Shown: one piece after another, positions 9,732-19,171 of the stretch
Numbering within the stretch: the first letter of the stretch is position 1
How the letters are laid out: every line of letters starts with the position of its first letter
NCBI GenBank assembly: GCA_964657465.1
Contig: CAZZVD010000002.1
Coordinates: forward strand, 1 to 62,731
Origin: an uncultured Acetobacteraceae bacterium
GTDB lineage: Bacteria; Acidobacteriota; Terriglobia; Terriglobales; Acidobacteriaceae
Direction: 5' to 3'
Length of the DNA: 62,731 nucleotides
Program-made: the position numbers and the translations under genes
Notes under the pieces: generated by a model
What the model was told of the DNA's origin: nothing
The model's input: only the letters and a program-made list of their open reading frames with translations
Databases searched by the model: none

Positions 9732-9845
9732 AGTCACGACCTTTGTTGGTGAGCAAAACATAACATACAAATATCCGCAGCAACAAAACAAAGTTTATTA
9801 ATTACAATTTGCCCGCGCATCAACGAGCGGAGTCAATCGCTGTTG

Positions 9846-11774
9846 CTAAAGCACGAGACGCGAGTCACCATCGCGGCGAGTAAGTTTTGACTTGTCCAGG
9901 AACTCCAGCAAAGGGATGGCGTGCTTACGGGTTAACCCGGTCAGGTTTTTAAATTGCTGAACGTTGAGTGCCTTGCCTCTATAGGGCGCCAGCAGTGTGG
10001 CTAACCCTGAAACCGAGTCGTGGTGTAGGAACAGCGTGCCGTCTACCGGGATAAGAAGCCGCTCGCGCAACAGCGACGTCACCAGGGGCCTCACCGTCTG
10101 AGGGTCGAGACAGAGTTCTCCCAGAACTTCGGGAATGGAGCGCGCTGCCAGGGGAGATTTTTTGAAGGCAGCTAAAATGCTCAGTTGGATTCGCTTCTCC
10201 GCTACGCTTGCACCCACATGGTAGCCTGCCGGCGCGAGGAGGTCACCGGACACCCGCAACTTCTTATCCTGCATACCCTGAGCGACGATCGCGCCGAAAA
10301 TCCCGGACGGCAGCTTACTACGATTGAGCAACTCTGCCTTTCGCACCGCTCCTTCGTGCGGCCGAGCCTTAAGCAGCTGGGCCAGGTGTTGATCGAAGTG
10401 TTCGATGGCTAAGTGGTAGTGCGAGCTGGTTATCAGGCATTCTCCGCCGATGAGCAGGAGCCGCTGTTTTTGGGTGAGCGACGGCAACAATCGCTGCTTT
10501 ATCTCCTCCCCGGTGAGCAGCATCTCGCGGCAGGCCATGGACAGTTCGAGCCCCTGCATGCCTCGCCTTGCAGCGCGTTCGACTAACTCATCCGCGGGAT
10601 CCTTGATCTCTTGTAACTGCCGCAGCCACTGGTAGTTGTGCAGCTTCTTGATGCCAGGTAAGGGTTGGGCTTCAATCACGATTCCACCCCCAATGGTTCC
10701 AACGGGCGACGGCTGCCGCAGCACAAAGCGGTCGCCGCGGGCAACCAGTATGGGGCTCATCAATTTCAATCTGGCGAGGCCGCGGCTTCCTGCCGTCAGG
10801 GAAGTCTGGCTGTAGAGATTGACCCGCGCCACCACGTCTGTCGCGAAGACGTGCAAGTGCACCATGCTGCGATGTTTGAGCGTGGTGGCTCCCGGCGAGA
10901 GCGAAAGCTCAACATCGATAAGGTCCAGGGCTGCGATGGAATGCGTGGATACTAAGGTGTCGCCGCGCCTTACCTGATCGCGCTCGACCCCGGAGAGATT
11001 GAGGGCGACCCTGGTGCGCGAAGCTACATGCTGTACATGGCTGGAGTGGACCTGGATATTTCTTACTCGTACCTCTTTCCCCGACGGCTCCAGCACCAGC
11101 GATTGCCCCCTCGTCAGCTGGCCTGAAACCAGCGTCCCGGTAACGACGGTGCCGGCGCCTGTTATCGAGAAGGAGCGATCGATGGGCAGGCGCGCCGGTT
11201 GCCCTAGCCCTTGCGAAGGCAGGCCATGGGCCACTTTGCGCAGCGCAGCCTTAAGCTCGTTCAGACCAGTCCGCTGCAGGCTGCTTACGTGCAGTATGGG
11301 GTTGTGACGGCAGTCGAGGAATGTTCCGGACAAGAATTCCTCCACGTTCGTGTGCACCGTCTCTAGCCGATCCGGGCTTACGGCGTCGATCTTGGTGAGG
11401 ACGGTGATGCCGCGATCGATGCCAAGCAGGCTGCAGATCTCAAGATGTTCGACAGTTTGGGGGCGTATGCCATCGTCTGCAGCGATGACCAGAAGCACAC
11501 AGTTGATGCCGCCTGCGCCGGCCAACATATTGCGCACGAATAACTTGTGGCCGGGCACATCGACGAAGCTAACGCGTAGCGGAGAGCCATCGTCGAGTGC
11601 GTCATCCAGGAAGGCAAACCCCAGATCGATGGTGATGCCGCGCGCCTTCTCTTCCCGATGGGTATCCGTGTCGATTCCAGTAAGCGCCTTCACCAAGCTG
11701 GTTTTGCCGTGGTCGATGTGGCCGGCGGTACCAACAACCAGGTAGGTTGGATCGGTTTGCTGATGATTGATCAT
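9846..11774 (-). CDS. selB: Selenocysteine-specific translation elongation factor SelB
   Basis: N-terminal GTPase motifs (GTAGHIDHGKTSL, DVPGH, TKID) followed by a long winged-helix C-terminal extension. ATGA overlap with selA. Confidence 0.9.
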   Translation of the reverse strand: MINHQQTDPTYLVVGTAGHIDHGKTSLVKALTGIDTDTHREEKARGITIDLGFAFLDDALDDGSPLRVSFVDVPGHKLFVRNMLAGAGGINCVLLVIAADDGIRPQTVEHLEICSLLGIDRGITVLTKIDAVSPDRLETVHTNVEEFLSGTFLDCRHNPILHVSSLQRTGLNELKAALRKVAHGLPSQGLGQPARLPIDRSFSITGAGTVVTGTLVSGQLTRGQSLVLEPSGKEVRVRNIQVHSSHVQHVASRTRVALNLSGVERDQVRRGDTLVSTHSIAALDLIDVELSLSPGATTLKHRSMVHLHVFATDVVARVNLYSQTSLTAGSRGLARLKLMSPILVARGDRFVLRQPSPVGTIGGGIVIEAQPLPGIKKLHNYQWLRQLQEIKDPADELVERAARRGMQGLELSMACREMLLTGEEIKQRLLPSLTQKQRLLLIGGECLITSSHYHLAIEHFDQHLAQLLKARPHEGAVRKAELLNRSKLPSGIFGAIVAQGMQDKKLRVSGDLLAPAGYHVGASVAEKRIQLSILAAFKKSPLAARSIPEVLGELCLDPQTVRPLVTSLLRERLLIPVDGTLFLHHDSVSGLATLLAPYRGKALNVQQFKNLTGLTRKHAIPLLEFLDKSKLTRRDGDSRLVL

Positions 11775-13249
11775 GAAACTGACCGCGCGAGACCGATGGG
11801 ATGGCTGTTACCGATGACGGTTTTCAAATGGTTGATCAGAAGAGCATCGGACTCCGGCGTTATGGTCCGGAGGTCCAGAGCTACTGAGCCCTTGTAAGTC
11901 CTTGAGACTACTGGTGGGTCGAGTGACCGCAAAGCAGACGCGAGCGCGCCCGCGGTCCATGTCGGGTGATCCACGATCAGCAGAACGGTTTCGAGAGTTG
12001 CCCCCGGAGTCGTTCCTCCTCCGATCAGACTCGTGTCCGGTTGCAAATAGATCGTTGCGCCGGTCGTGCTCAGCGAGTCCCTGATATTTTCGGCCCGTGC
12101 CTGTAATCGCCCCAGCGTCTGTTGCAACATCCGGCTGATGGGAATATCGGGAGTTTGAAAGTCGAGGTACTCCTGCAGCGTACTGTCCAGCGCGGCGTAC
12201 ACCATTTTATCGACGCGGAACGTACGCAGCATGGGGTTTTGGCGGATACTCTCTATGGAACGGGACTGGCCGACAACGATTCCACACTGGGGACCGCCCA
12301 GCAACTTATCGCCGCTGCACACCACGATATGTACGCCGGCTTTGAGGCCTTTGATCAAGGTGTCTTCCCCAGAGATGCCATAGTCCTCCAGAACCAGCAG
12401 GCAGCCAGTGCCCTGATCTTCAAAGAGAATCTTGCCGTGTTCCTTGCACAGGGCGGCCAGGTCGGCTGAGGAAGGTGATTCCACGAAGCCGGTCATGGTG
12501 AAATTGGCGGGATGCACCCGCAAGAGCAAAGCGGTCTCCTCGGTGATCGCCTTGGCGTAGTCAGAGGCGCGCGTGCGATTGGTCGTCCCCACCTCGCGCA
12601 GGATCGCGCCGGACTTCGCGAGGATGTCAGGAATACGGAATCCGCCGCCAATTTCCAGAAGTTCCCCACGGGAGACGATGGTTTCCTTGCCGTCGGAAAG
12701 AGAATTCAGGACCAGGAAAGTAGCCGCCGCACAGTTGTTCACGACGATGGCGCGATAATCCTCCAGGAAATCCTGCAGCGGCAGACCGGCATGTTGTGCG
12801 AGCACGCGAAGCACCAACTGTTCAACATGGTCGTCGCGTTTGCCTCGCTCGCCAGTTGCCAGGTTGAATTCGAGATTGCAATAGCCGCCGGCAACGCGGG
12901 CAACATTTTCGAGCGCCTTTGCGCTTAAAGGAGCACGGCCCAGGTTGGTATGCAGCAAAACTCCTGTGGCATTCAGTACTGGCACCAGGGATGGACGGTT
13001 CGCGTCGCGGATGTGGTCGTGAATGGTCTGAGAGAGCCTGGATAACTCGGTTTCGAATGTATCCTCCTGTACTTCTCCGGAGGCGATTCGCTGGCGTAAC
13101 AATTGCAAACAGTCCCGGATGACGCGAATCACGAGATGCCGGGGGAAGTTCTTCAGCAGAGGTTTCAATTCCTCTGATCTTGCCAGTTCATCGATTGAGG
13201 GCAACCGGTGATAACTCATGAAGGCCGTTTTAGAGAGCGGGTCAATCAC
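11771..13249 (-). CDS. selA: L-seryl-tRNA(Sec) selenium transferase SelA
   Basis: N-terminal LPSIDELA motif, PLP-enzyme core and length fit SelA. The start is placed at GTG 13249 (GAGGA RBS 4 nt upstream); ATG 13219 is an alternative. The 13378 start in the ORF track would run through the tRNA-Sec gene. Confidence 0.85.
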   Translation of the reverse strand: MIDPLSKTAFMSYHRLPSIDELARSEELKPLLKNFPRHLVIRVIRDCLQLLRQRIASGEVQEDTFETELSRLSQTIHDHIRDANRPSLVPVLNATGVLLHTNLGRAPLSAKALENVARVAGGYCNLEFNLATGERGKRDDHVEQLVLRVLAQHAGLPLQDFLEDYRAIVVNNCAAATFLVLNSLSDGKETIVSRGELLEIGGGFRIPDILAKSGAILREVGTTNRTRASDYAKAITEETALLLRVHPANFTMTGFVESPSSADLAALCKEHGKILFEDQGTGCLLVLEDYGISGEDTLIKGLKAGVHIVVCSGDKLLGGPQCGIVVGQSRSIESIRQNPMLRTFRVDKMVYAALDSTLQEYLDFQTPDIPISRMLQQTLGRLQARAENIRDSLSTTGATIYLQPDTSLIGGGTTPGATLETVLLIVDHPTWTAGALASALRSLDPPVVSRTYKGSVALDLRTITPESDALLINHLKTVIGNSHPIGLARSVS

Positions 13250-13302
13250 GGCGTCCTCGATAATCAGGTTCTGGCATGTCGATGGTATAGAGGCAAGGGG
13301 CC

Positions 13303-13396
13303 TGGCGGAAGCGCGTGCGAGTCGAACACACCGTCGCCCGTAGGGACGACCACCGGTTTTGAAGACCGGGAGGATCACCGGAGCCTAAGCGCTTCC
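13303..13396 (-). tRNA. selC: tRNA-Sec (anticodon UCA)
   Basis: Minus strand: GGAAGCGC...CGGTCTTCAAAACCG...GTCGTCC-CTAC-GGGCGAC...GTGTG-TTCGACT-CGCAC-GCGCTTCC-G-CCA. It has an 8-bp acceptor stem, a 5-bp T stem, a 7-bp variable arm and a UCA anticodon. It closely parallels E. coli selC. Confidence 0.9.
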
Positions 13397-13468
13397 ATCT
13401 GTTGTCAGAAGTAATTAATACTATAGGTTTCGCTCCTCTCCGCAAAGAATGTGTCCTACGGCGCGAGC

Positions 13469-13918
13469 CTACACGGGATGGTGGGCGCCAGGGTGTGGAA
13501 CAATCTGGCAAAGCAGACGGGCTGCGCAATGAACATGACTTTCTACCTGAAACTCTCCGGAAATCTGGGCCGCGTAGTTGCGCAAGCCCAAAATCGTCGC
13601 TGTAATGGTTGCGCGATCGCCGGGCACGGGTGAGCCTGCGAAGCTGACCGATTCAATGGCTACCATGACCATCAAGCCGCCTTCTCTCGGAAGTGTCATG
13701 GTTGCCGATAACAGGACAGCACCTGCCTGGCCGATCGACTCCAGCATAAGCATTTCGGGTAATTCTCCTCCTCCACCGCAGTCACTAAAGGCCACATTCT
13801 TCAAAGCTGAAATACTCACACCGCGCTCTATCTGCAGGACCTTGTCTAGAAAAAGAAATGGATAGCGATGAGGGAGACTTTGAAGACTGATGGCGAAGCT
13901 GGAGGGAGAGCCGGCCAT
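13469..13918 (-). CDS. FabZ/FabA-like hotdog-fold protein (atypical active-site region)
   Basis: LPHRYPFLFLDKV and LESIGQAG motifs of 3-hydroxyacyl-ACP dehydratases are present. The GHFP histidine block is replaced by FSDCGGGGELP. The start was chosen to give FabZ-like length; longer starts at 13954 and 14098 are possible. Confidence 0.65.
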   Translation of the reverse strand: MAGSPSSFAISLQSLPHRYPFLFLDKVLQIERGVSISALKNVAFSDCGGGGELPEMLMLESIGQAGAVLLSATMTLPREGGLMVMVAIESVSFAGSPVPGDRATITATILGLRNYAAQISGEFQVESHVHCAARLLCQIVPHPGAHHPV

Positions 13919-14090
13919 GAAGTCATCGTCACTGTCTCCTGCGGTCGCAGTCATTAAATGCCCCAGACCGAGAGCATAGACCAGAAAAAGCGCACAGTGC
14001 TGGTCCGAAGTACAGTTGTCGCATAATCGCGTGTCCATTCTGCTAGAGCCTCGGGAGAACTCGGCGCCCTCAAAAGGTTGACTTCCACAA

Positions 14091-15533
14091 ATGCGCATTT
14101 TGCTTATACGGCCGCCTACCGAAACGTTTATTGTCTCGCCTCCGATCGGCCTGGGCTACCTGGCCACAGCACTTCGCTGTGCAGGACATCACCCGGAGAT
14201 ACTCGATTGCACGCTGACTTCGATGACGGCCAAGCAATTTGGCGAGTTTTTAGCGACGACGCCGCCGTTTCAGGTTTATGGCTTCCAGACTTATTCGTGT
14301 GAAGTAGATGTCGTGGAAAGCTGCCTGAAGGAGATAAAGCGGAGAGTTCCGAATGCGGTCACTGTGATTGGCGGCCCTCATCCTTCTGGTGGGCAGGAGT
14401 GCATGTTTGAGCTACCAGACGTGGATTTTGCGTTTCAGGGTGAGGCGGAGTTCGGCTTGCCGTTATTTTGCGACTTACTGGAAGCCGGTGACTCTCCAGA
14501 CCTGAGCCGGGTTCCTGGTCTTTTGTGGCGCGACGGCAATTGTGTTCGGGCCAATCCGAAGCACGCTGAAGCGGACCTTGATAAATTGGGGTTTCCCGCC
14601 TGGGATCTTATCGATCCGCGCAAATACCCAGTGGCTCCCCACGGAGGATTTGCTCGCTATTTTCCGGTTGCGCCTTTCATCATCTCGCGAGGCTGTCCGT
14701 ATTCTTGCACCTTCTGCGGAACGAAAAACGTGACCGGCATGAAAATGCGTTATCGCTCGATGGAGCACGTGATCGAGGAAATCCGCATGCTCCAGAACGC
14801 TTACGGGGTACGCGAATTGCATATTGAGGATGACAATTTCTCTGCTGTACGAAAAGAGATGAAAAAGTTTTGCAACAAGCTGATCGATGAGCAGGTGAAT
14901 ATTGCCTGGTATTGCACGAGCGGGCTGCGCCTCGACCTGATCGACGAGGAGCTGGCAATGCTGATGAAGAAGTCGGGTTGCTACACGGCAACGATTGCGA
15001 TCGAATCGGCGTCGCAGGCGACATTGAACCATATGAAAAAGAATCTCGACCTGGCCAAGGTTCCCGGCCAGGTCAGGTTATTGCGAAACGCCGGGCTCAC
15101 TCTGAATGCGCTTTTTATCCTCGGTTATCCTACCGAGACGCGTGGAGACATGGAGAAAACCATTCGCTATGCGATGAGCCTAGATGTGCAGCGCGCCCAG
15201 TTCTCGAACTTTCTCCCAATCCGCGGCACCGAGGCCTACGAATTTGTGAAGCAGCGGGGAGAAATCGAGGGTCTCGAACAGCGAAAGTTGCACACCGCGG
15301 ACAACCCGTACAGCCCACCCGGCATGACAACCTCAGAGCTGAAGTGGTTGCAGCGAAAAGGGTTTTTGTTTTTTCATCTGCGGCCAAGAATTCTTTGGGG
15401 TACGCTCACTAGCATCCGCTCCTTCTCGCAACTGTCATTCCTGCGGAAGAGATTGATCGAGTATTTGATTGGTCGAAAAAGAACGGGTGAACCCGGGATG
15501 CGAGAGAAAAACATCCTGGTCGAAGTCGTCTGA
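14091..15533 (+). CDS. B12-binding-domain radical SAM enzyme (class B type)
   Basis: N-terminal Rossmann-like B12-binding block (MRILLIRPP...PIGLGYLAT) and a CPYSCTFC (CX3CX2C) radical SAM cluster motif. Confidence 0.85.
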   Translation: MRILLIRPPTETFIVSPPIGLGYLATALRCAGHHPEILDCTLTSMTAKQFGEFLATTPPFQVYGFQTYSCEVDVVESCLKEIKRRVPNAVTVIGGPHPSGGQECMFELPDVDFAFQGEAEFGLPLFCDLLEAGDSPDLSRVPGLLWRDGNCVRANPKHAEADLDKLGFPAWDLIDPRKYPVAPHGGFARYFPVAPFIISRGCPYSCTFCGTKNVTGMKMRYRSMEHVIEEIRMLQNAYGVRELHIEDDNFSAVRKEMKKFCNKLIDEQVNIAWYCTSGLRLDLIDEELAMLMKKSGCYTATIAIESASQATLNHMKKNLDLAKVPGQVRLLRNAGLTLNALFILGYPTETRGDMEKTIRYAMSLDVQRAQFSNFLPIRGTEAYEFVKQRGEIEGLEQRKLHTADNPYSPPGMTTSELKWLQRKGFLFFHLRPRILWGTLTSIRSFSQLSFLRKRLIEYLIGRKRTGEPGMREKNILVEVV

Positions 15534-15578
15534 AGTGTTTCACTACCCCGGGCAGTAACCTGCATAACCTTCAATAGC

Positions 15579-17531
15579 TTGATGGAGAGAGTGATGTCTA
15601 TCTTGAAGCGCAATTTGCTGTGTTTTTTTACCGTGATCCTTTGGTGCCTGCCTTTCCATGCTCAGATAGTCAGGCACCTGCAGTATGCGGGTCTTTCGGG
15701 CGCGCGCTCAGCAGCCGCGGGTGAAACGACGTTGCCGGCGCGGGAACCGGACGCCAAGCTGAGTGCTTACCTGCATCGTTCGCTGGCAAAAGCTCCCGCG
15801 TCTTCGTTTGTACCCGGCAATCGTGTGGTGGGACCTGCCGCAGAGGCGATGAGTGCCCGCACTGCGCCCGCAAAGGATCCCGTGGCCCTGACGGTAAAAG
15901 GCGGCGGCCACGAATTGCGCGAGAGCTTCGACGGCCTGAATTATTATCAGCAACGAAACGCGAATGATGGAAACCAGTATGCCATCGAGCCGACCGATCC
16001 TGGACTGTGTGCCGGGAATGGCTTCGTGCTGGAAACCGTGAACGAAATACTGCGCGTGTTCGATACGCATGGTAACCCGGTCGCGGCTCCCCTGGATGTC
16101 TACACCTTTTACGGGTACCCACCTGCCATCAACCGTACCACGGGCGCATTCGGGCCGTCGATCACGGACGAACATTGTTTTTACGATAAATCGAGCCGGC
16201 GGTGGTTTCATATTGCCCATACTCTCGACCGGGATCCGTTGACCAACGGTATACCAGGCACGAACCACCTTGATCTGGCCGTCAGCCGGAGCGATGATCC
16301 TACTGGTAGCTGGAGTATTTACAAACTGCCGGTTCAGGACGACGGGACGGATGGAACCCCCAACCACGCTTGCCAGTACGGCCCATGTTTTGGGGACTTT
16401 CCCCAGATAGCTGTCGACAAAAACGGCATTTACATAACCACCAATGAATTTGCATTCTTTGGCCCCGGCTTTCATGGATCGCAGATCTATGCACTTTCAA
16501 AAAAACAGTTGATTGACGGCGAGTCAGATCCAACAGTGGTGCAATTCGACACCGCTGATGCTGCTTATCTCTTCGAGGGGAACCCGGGCTACTCCGTGCA
16601 GCCTGCCCTGGACTTTGCCCAGGACTCTCCCGGTGGACGGCACGGCACCGAATTTCTGCTGAGCAACCTTGCCGGCTTTAACACCGTCGATGACCGGCTA
16701 CAGATCTGGAGCCTGAAAAATACGGAGTCGCTGGCGGGGCACTCCCCGCAGCTAAGCCTCAAGATGGGCACAGTTACGGTGAAGAGCTATTCATCTCCAC
16801 CCGACTCAGTGCAGAAGCCAGGACCTTTTCCGCTAGGACAATGTATCAACGACACGACCCTGCCAACGCCTTACGGCGCAGGATGCTGGCGGAATCTACT
16901 ATTGGGGGCGGAACCCGCGCATAATGAGACCCTCTACAACCTTCCCAGCAACGATGGACGTATGACCGAAGTAGTCATATCCAACGGCAAGCTGTGGGGT
17001 TCTTTCGATACCACGGTTACAATTGCCGGCCAGCCAGTCGCTGGACTGCAGTATTTCGCCCTTTGGCCCTGGGTCAACAGTTCGGGACCGGGGGCGAAGG
17101 TATTGTTGAGCTCGAATATCGGCGTCAAGGGGAACAACCTGACGTATCCTTCCATCGCTGCGACCCCCTGGGGCAGGGCAGTTATCGCATACACCCTGAT
17201 TGGCCCGGACTATTACCCCGCTTCGGCTTACACAATGCTTGATGTTTTTGGAGAATGCGATAAGACGGTGCGCGTTGCTGCAGCCGGCAAGGGCCCACAA
17301 GATGGATTTGAAGGCTACGCAGCTTTTGGCAGCTCGCCGCGATGGGGCACCTACAGCTCGGCGCTTCTGGATGGCGACTCGTTCTGGATTAACACTGAAT
17401 ACATAGGGCAGTCCTGCACCTTGGCGGAGTACGCTTCCGATCCGCCTGCCAGTTTGAGCTGCGGTAAATCTCGAGCAACCCTTGCAAACTGGGGCACAAG
17501 GATCAGTCGGATTTCCCCCAATGTCTGGTAG
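15579..17531 (+). CDS. Secreted hypothetical protein, 650 aa
   Basis: Signal peptide (LLCFFTVILWCLPFHAQ). Long uninterrupted ORF with genome-typical composition. I recognise no family. Confidence 0.7.
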   Translation: MMERVMSILKRNLLCFFTVILWCLPFHAQIVRHLQYAGLSGARSAAAGETTLPAREPDAKLSAYLHRSLAKAPASSFVPGNRVVGPAAEAMSARTAPAKDPVALTVKGGGHELRESFDGLNYYQQRNANDGNQYAIEPTDPGLCAGNGFVLETVNEILRVFDTHGNPVAAPLDVYTFYGYPPAINRTTGAFGPSITDEHCFYDKSSRRWFHIAHTLDRDPLTNGIPGTNHLDLAVSRSDDPTGSWSIYKLPVQDDGTDGTPNHACQYGPCFGDFPQIAVDKNGIYITTNEFAFFGPGFHGSQIYALSKKQLIDGESDPTVVQFDTADAAYLFEGNPGYSVQPALDFAQDSPGGRHGTEFLLSNLAGFNTVDDRLQIWSLKNTESLAGHSPQLSLKMGTVTVKSYSSPPDSVQKPGPFPLGQCINDTTLPTPYGAGCWRNLLLGAEPAHNETLYNLPSNDGRMTEVVISNGKLWGSFDTTVTIAGQPVAGLQYFALWPWVNSSGPGAKVLLSSNIGVKGNNLTYPSIAATPWGRAVIAYTLIGPDYYPASAYTMLDVFGECDKTVRVAAAGKGPQDGFEGYAAFGSSPRWGTYSSALLDGDSFWINTEYIGQSCTLAEYASDPPASLSCGKSRATLANWGTRISRISPNVW

Positions 17532-17726
17532 TTCGCGAAACCTTGCTCGAGGCAGCGCAAAGCTCGCTTAGGCAACCGCCCAAATTGCTGAACTGGGCGC
17601 GCACAGGAGATCGAGATCTCACACGCAACCGTAAGCTTAGCCAACGTAGTCGAAGAGAAAATCCGTACTGCGGGGGAGTATGCGGTCGCGTTTGAAACCC
17701 GCGACCGCACATGGCTTTACGGCGAT

Positions 17727-19142
17727 TTGGCGGTCGCCATCAGCTGCACCGTGCACGGGCTTGAGGATGAGGGAATTCGGTGTGGTGACCTGGTACTGAT
17801 TGCGCTCCCGGATTCTATCCAATTCGTCACTGTGTTTTTGGCATGTATGAAGCTCGGAGCGATTGCCGTTCCGGTGAGTAACTACCATCGAGAGGATGAG
17901 TACCTCCAAATTCTCGGGCATCTTCAACCAAAGCTGATCCTGGCGGAACAAAGCAACCAGGCGGTAACGTTGGCAGCGGTGAGACACCAGGGTGCCCGAT
18001 TAGTATCGCTTTCCGTCGATGCTGAAGAGTACGATTCCTGGGATAGCTGGCAGACGGGGCCGAAGTCTCTGCGAGGTTCAACTGCTGCAGAAGACCAAGT
18101 AAGTTTTCTTCTGTGGACATCGGGAACGACGGGGCATGCAATACCTGTTCCGCACAAGAAGTCGGATTGGCTTATTTGTTGCAGCAACTATGGCGAAAAG
18201 ATCCTAGGAATGTCGCGTCATGACACCTTTCTCTCCACGTCGCGGATGTATCACGCCTATGGACTAGGCAACAGCTTGTTTTTCCCGCTCTATGCGGGCG
18301 CGCGCAGCATTTTAATTACAGAACGACCAGTACCGCGTGGATCTTTGCAGCTTGCGCAGAAAATGAAAGTGACGCTTTTGTTTTCAGTGCCTACGTTTTT
18401 CAGTTTGATGTTGCGTTGTAGCGAAAAGGACCACTCCTTGCAATTGCCGCAACTCCGGCTGGCTATTTCCGCGGCAGAACCGCTCGCTCCCCGGATCTAT
18501 AACGAGTGGCCGCAGCGGTTTGGCGGAGAAATTCTGGATGGCATGGGTTCGACGGAAGCACTGCACATCTACCTTTCCGCTCGGCCCGGCGCACATCGGC
18601 CAGGCAGCGTAGGCAGGTTGGTAGAAGGATATCAAGCGCAGATTCGAGACGCGGAGGAAATGGATGCTCAGCGCACGGTTGGCAATCTTTGGCTGAAGGG
18701 CCCGAGCCTGGCCGAGAAGTATTGGAAGAATGACGAAGCGACCGAGCGTCATATGCGTGGGGGCTGGTTCGATACAGGCGATAAGTGTTCTGTAGACGAG
18801 GATGGCTATTACTACTTTCATGGCAGATCCGATTCGATGTTCCGCATCTCCGGACAGTGGGTTTCCGCGGTAGAAGTAGAAGCCGCCCTGTCCGGGGTGG
18901 AAGGCGTCAGGGAACTGGCGATTGGTATGTGCCTGGACGAAGAGGGTCTATCGAAGCTGTGCCTGTATATGGTTCTCGACGCAACGACAGAATCAACTAC
19001 GCCCGTAATTGAAAGTCTGAAGCTAGCTGCTTCAGAGCGGCTTCCTGTTAGGAAACGACCAATTCGCTTTCAAGTGTTGGCGGAGTTGCCGCGCACCGCA
19101 TCGGGGAAAATTCAGCGGCACCGCTTGCAGTTAAAGGCGTAG
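17727..19142 (+). CDS. AMP-dependent synthetase/ligase (aryl-acid/benzoate-CoA-ligase-like)
   Basis: Adenylate-forming motifs LLWTSGTTG, YGLGN, WFDTGD and GKIQR. The first canonical start is TTG 17727, but homologous N-terminal sequence continues upstream (see findings). Confidence 0.8.
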   Translation: MAVAISCTVHGLEDEGIRCGDLVLIALPDSIQFVTVFLACMKLGAIAVPVSNYHREDEYLQILGHLQPKLILAEQSNQAVTLAAVRHQGARLVSLSVDAEEYDSWDSWQTGPKSLRGSTAAEDQVSFLLWTSGTTGHAIPVPHKKSDWLICCSNYGEKILGMSRHDTFLSTSRMYHAYGLGNSLFFPLYAGARSILITERPVPRGSLQLAQKMKVTLLFSVPTFFSLMLRCSEKDHSLQLPQLRLAISAAEPLAPRIYNEWPQRFGGEILDGMGSTEALHIYLSARPGAHRPGSVGRLVEGYQAQIRDAEEMDAQRTVGNLWLKGPSLAEKYWKNDEATERHMRGGWFDTGDKCSVDEDGYYYFHGRSDSMFRISGQWVSAVEVEAALSGVEGVRELAIGMCLDEEGLSKLCLYMVLDATTESTTPVIESLKLAASERLPVRKRPIRFQVLAELPRTASGKIQRHRLQLKA

Positions 19143-19171
19143 CCAGGTAAAAGAACATTGAGGAAATAAAA

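Noticed and set aside
17532-17591. In-frame TGA upstream of the AMP-ligase gene as a third Sec codon
   Set aside because: There is no start codon between the preceding TAG (17529-17531) and the TGA. No hairpin lies at the right distance. The residues before the TGA are not conserved or protein-like. A non-canonical start after the TGA explains the data better.
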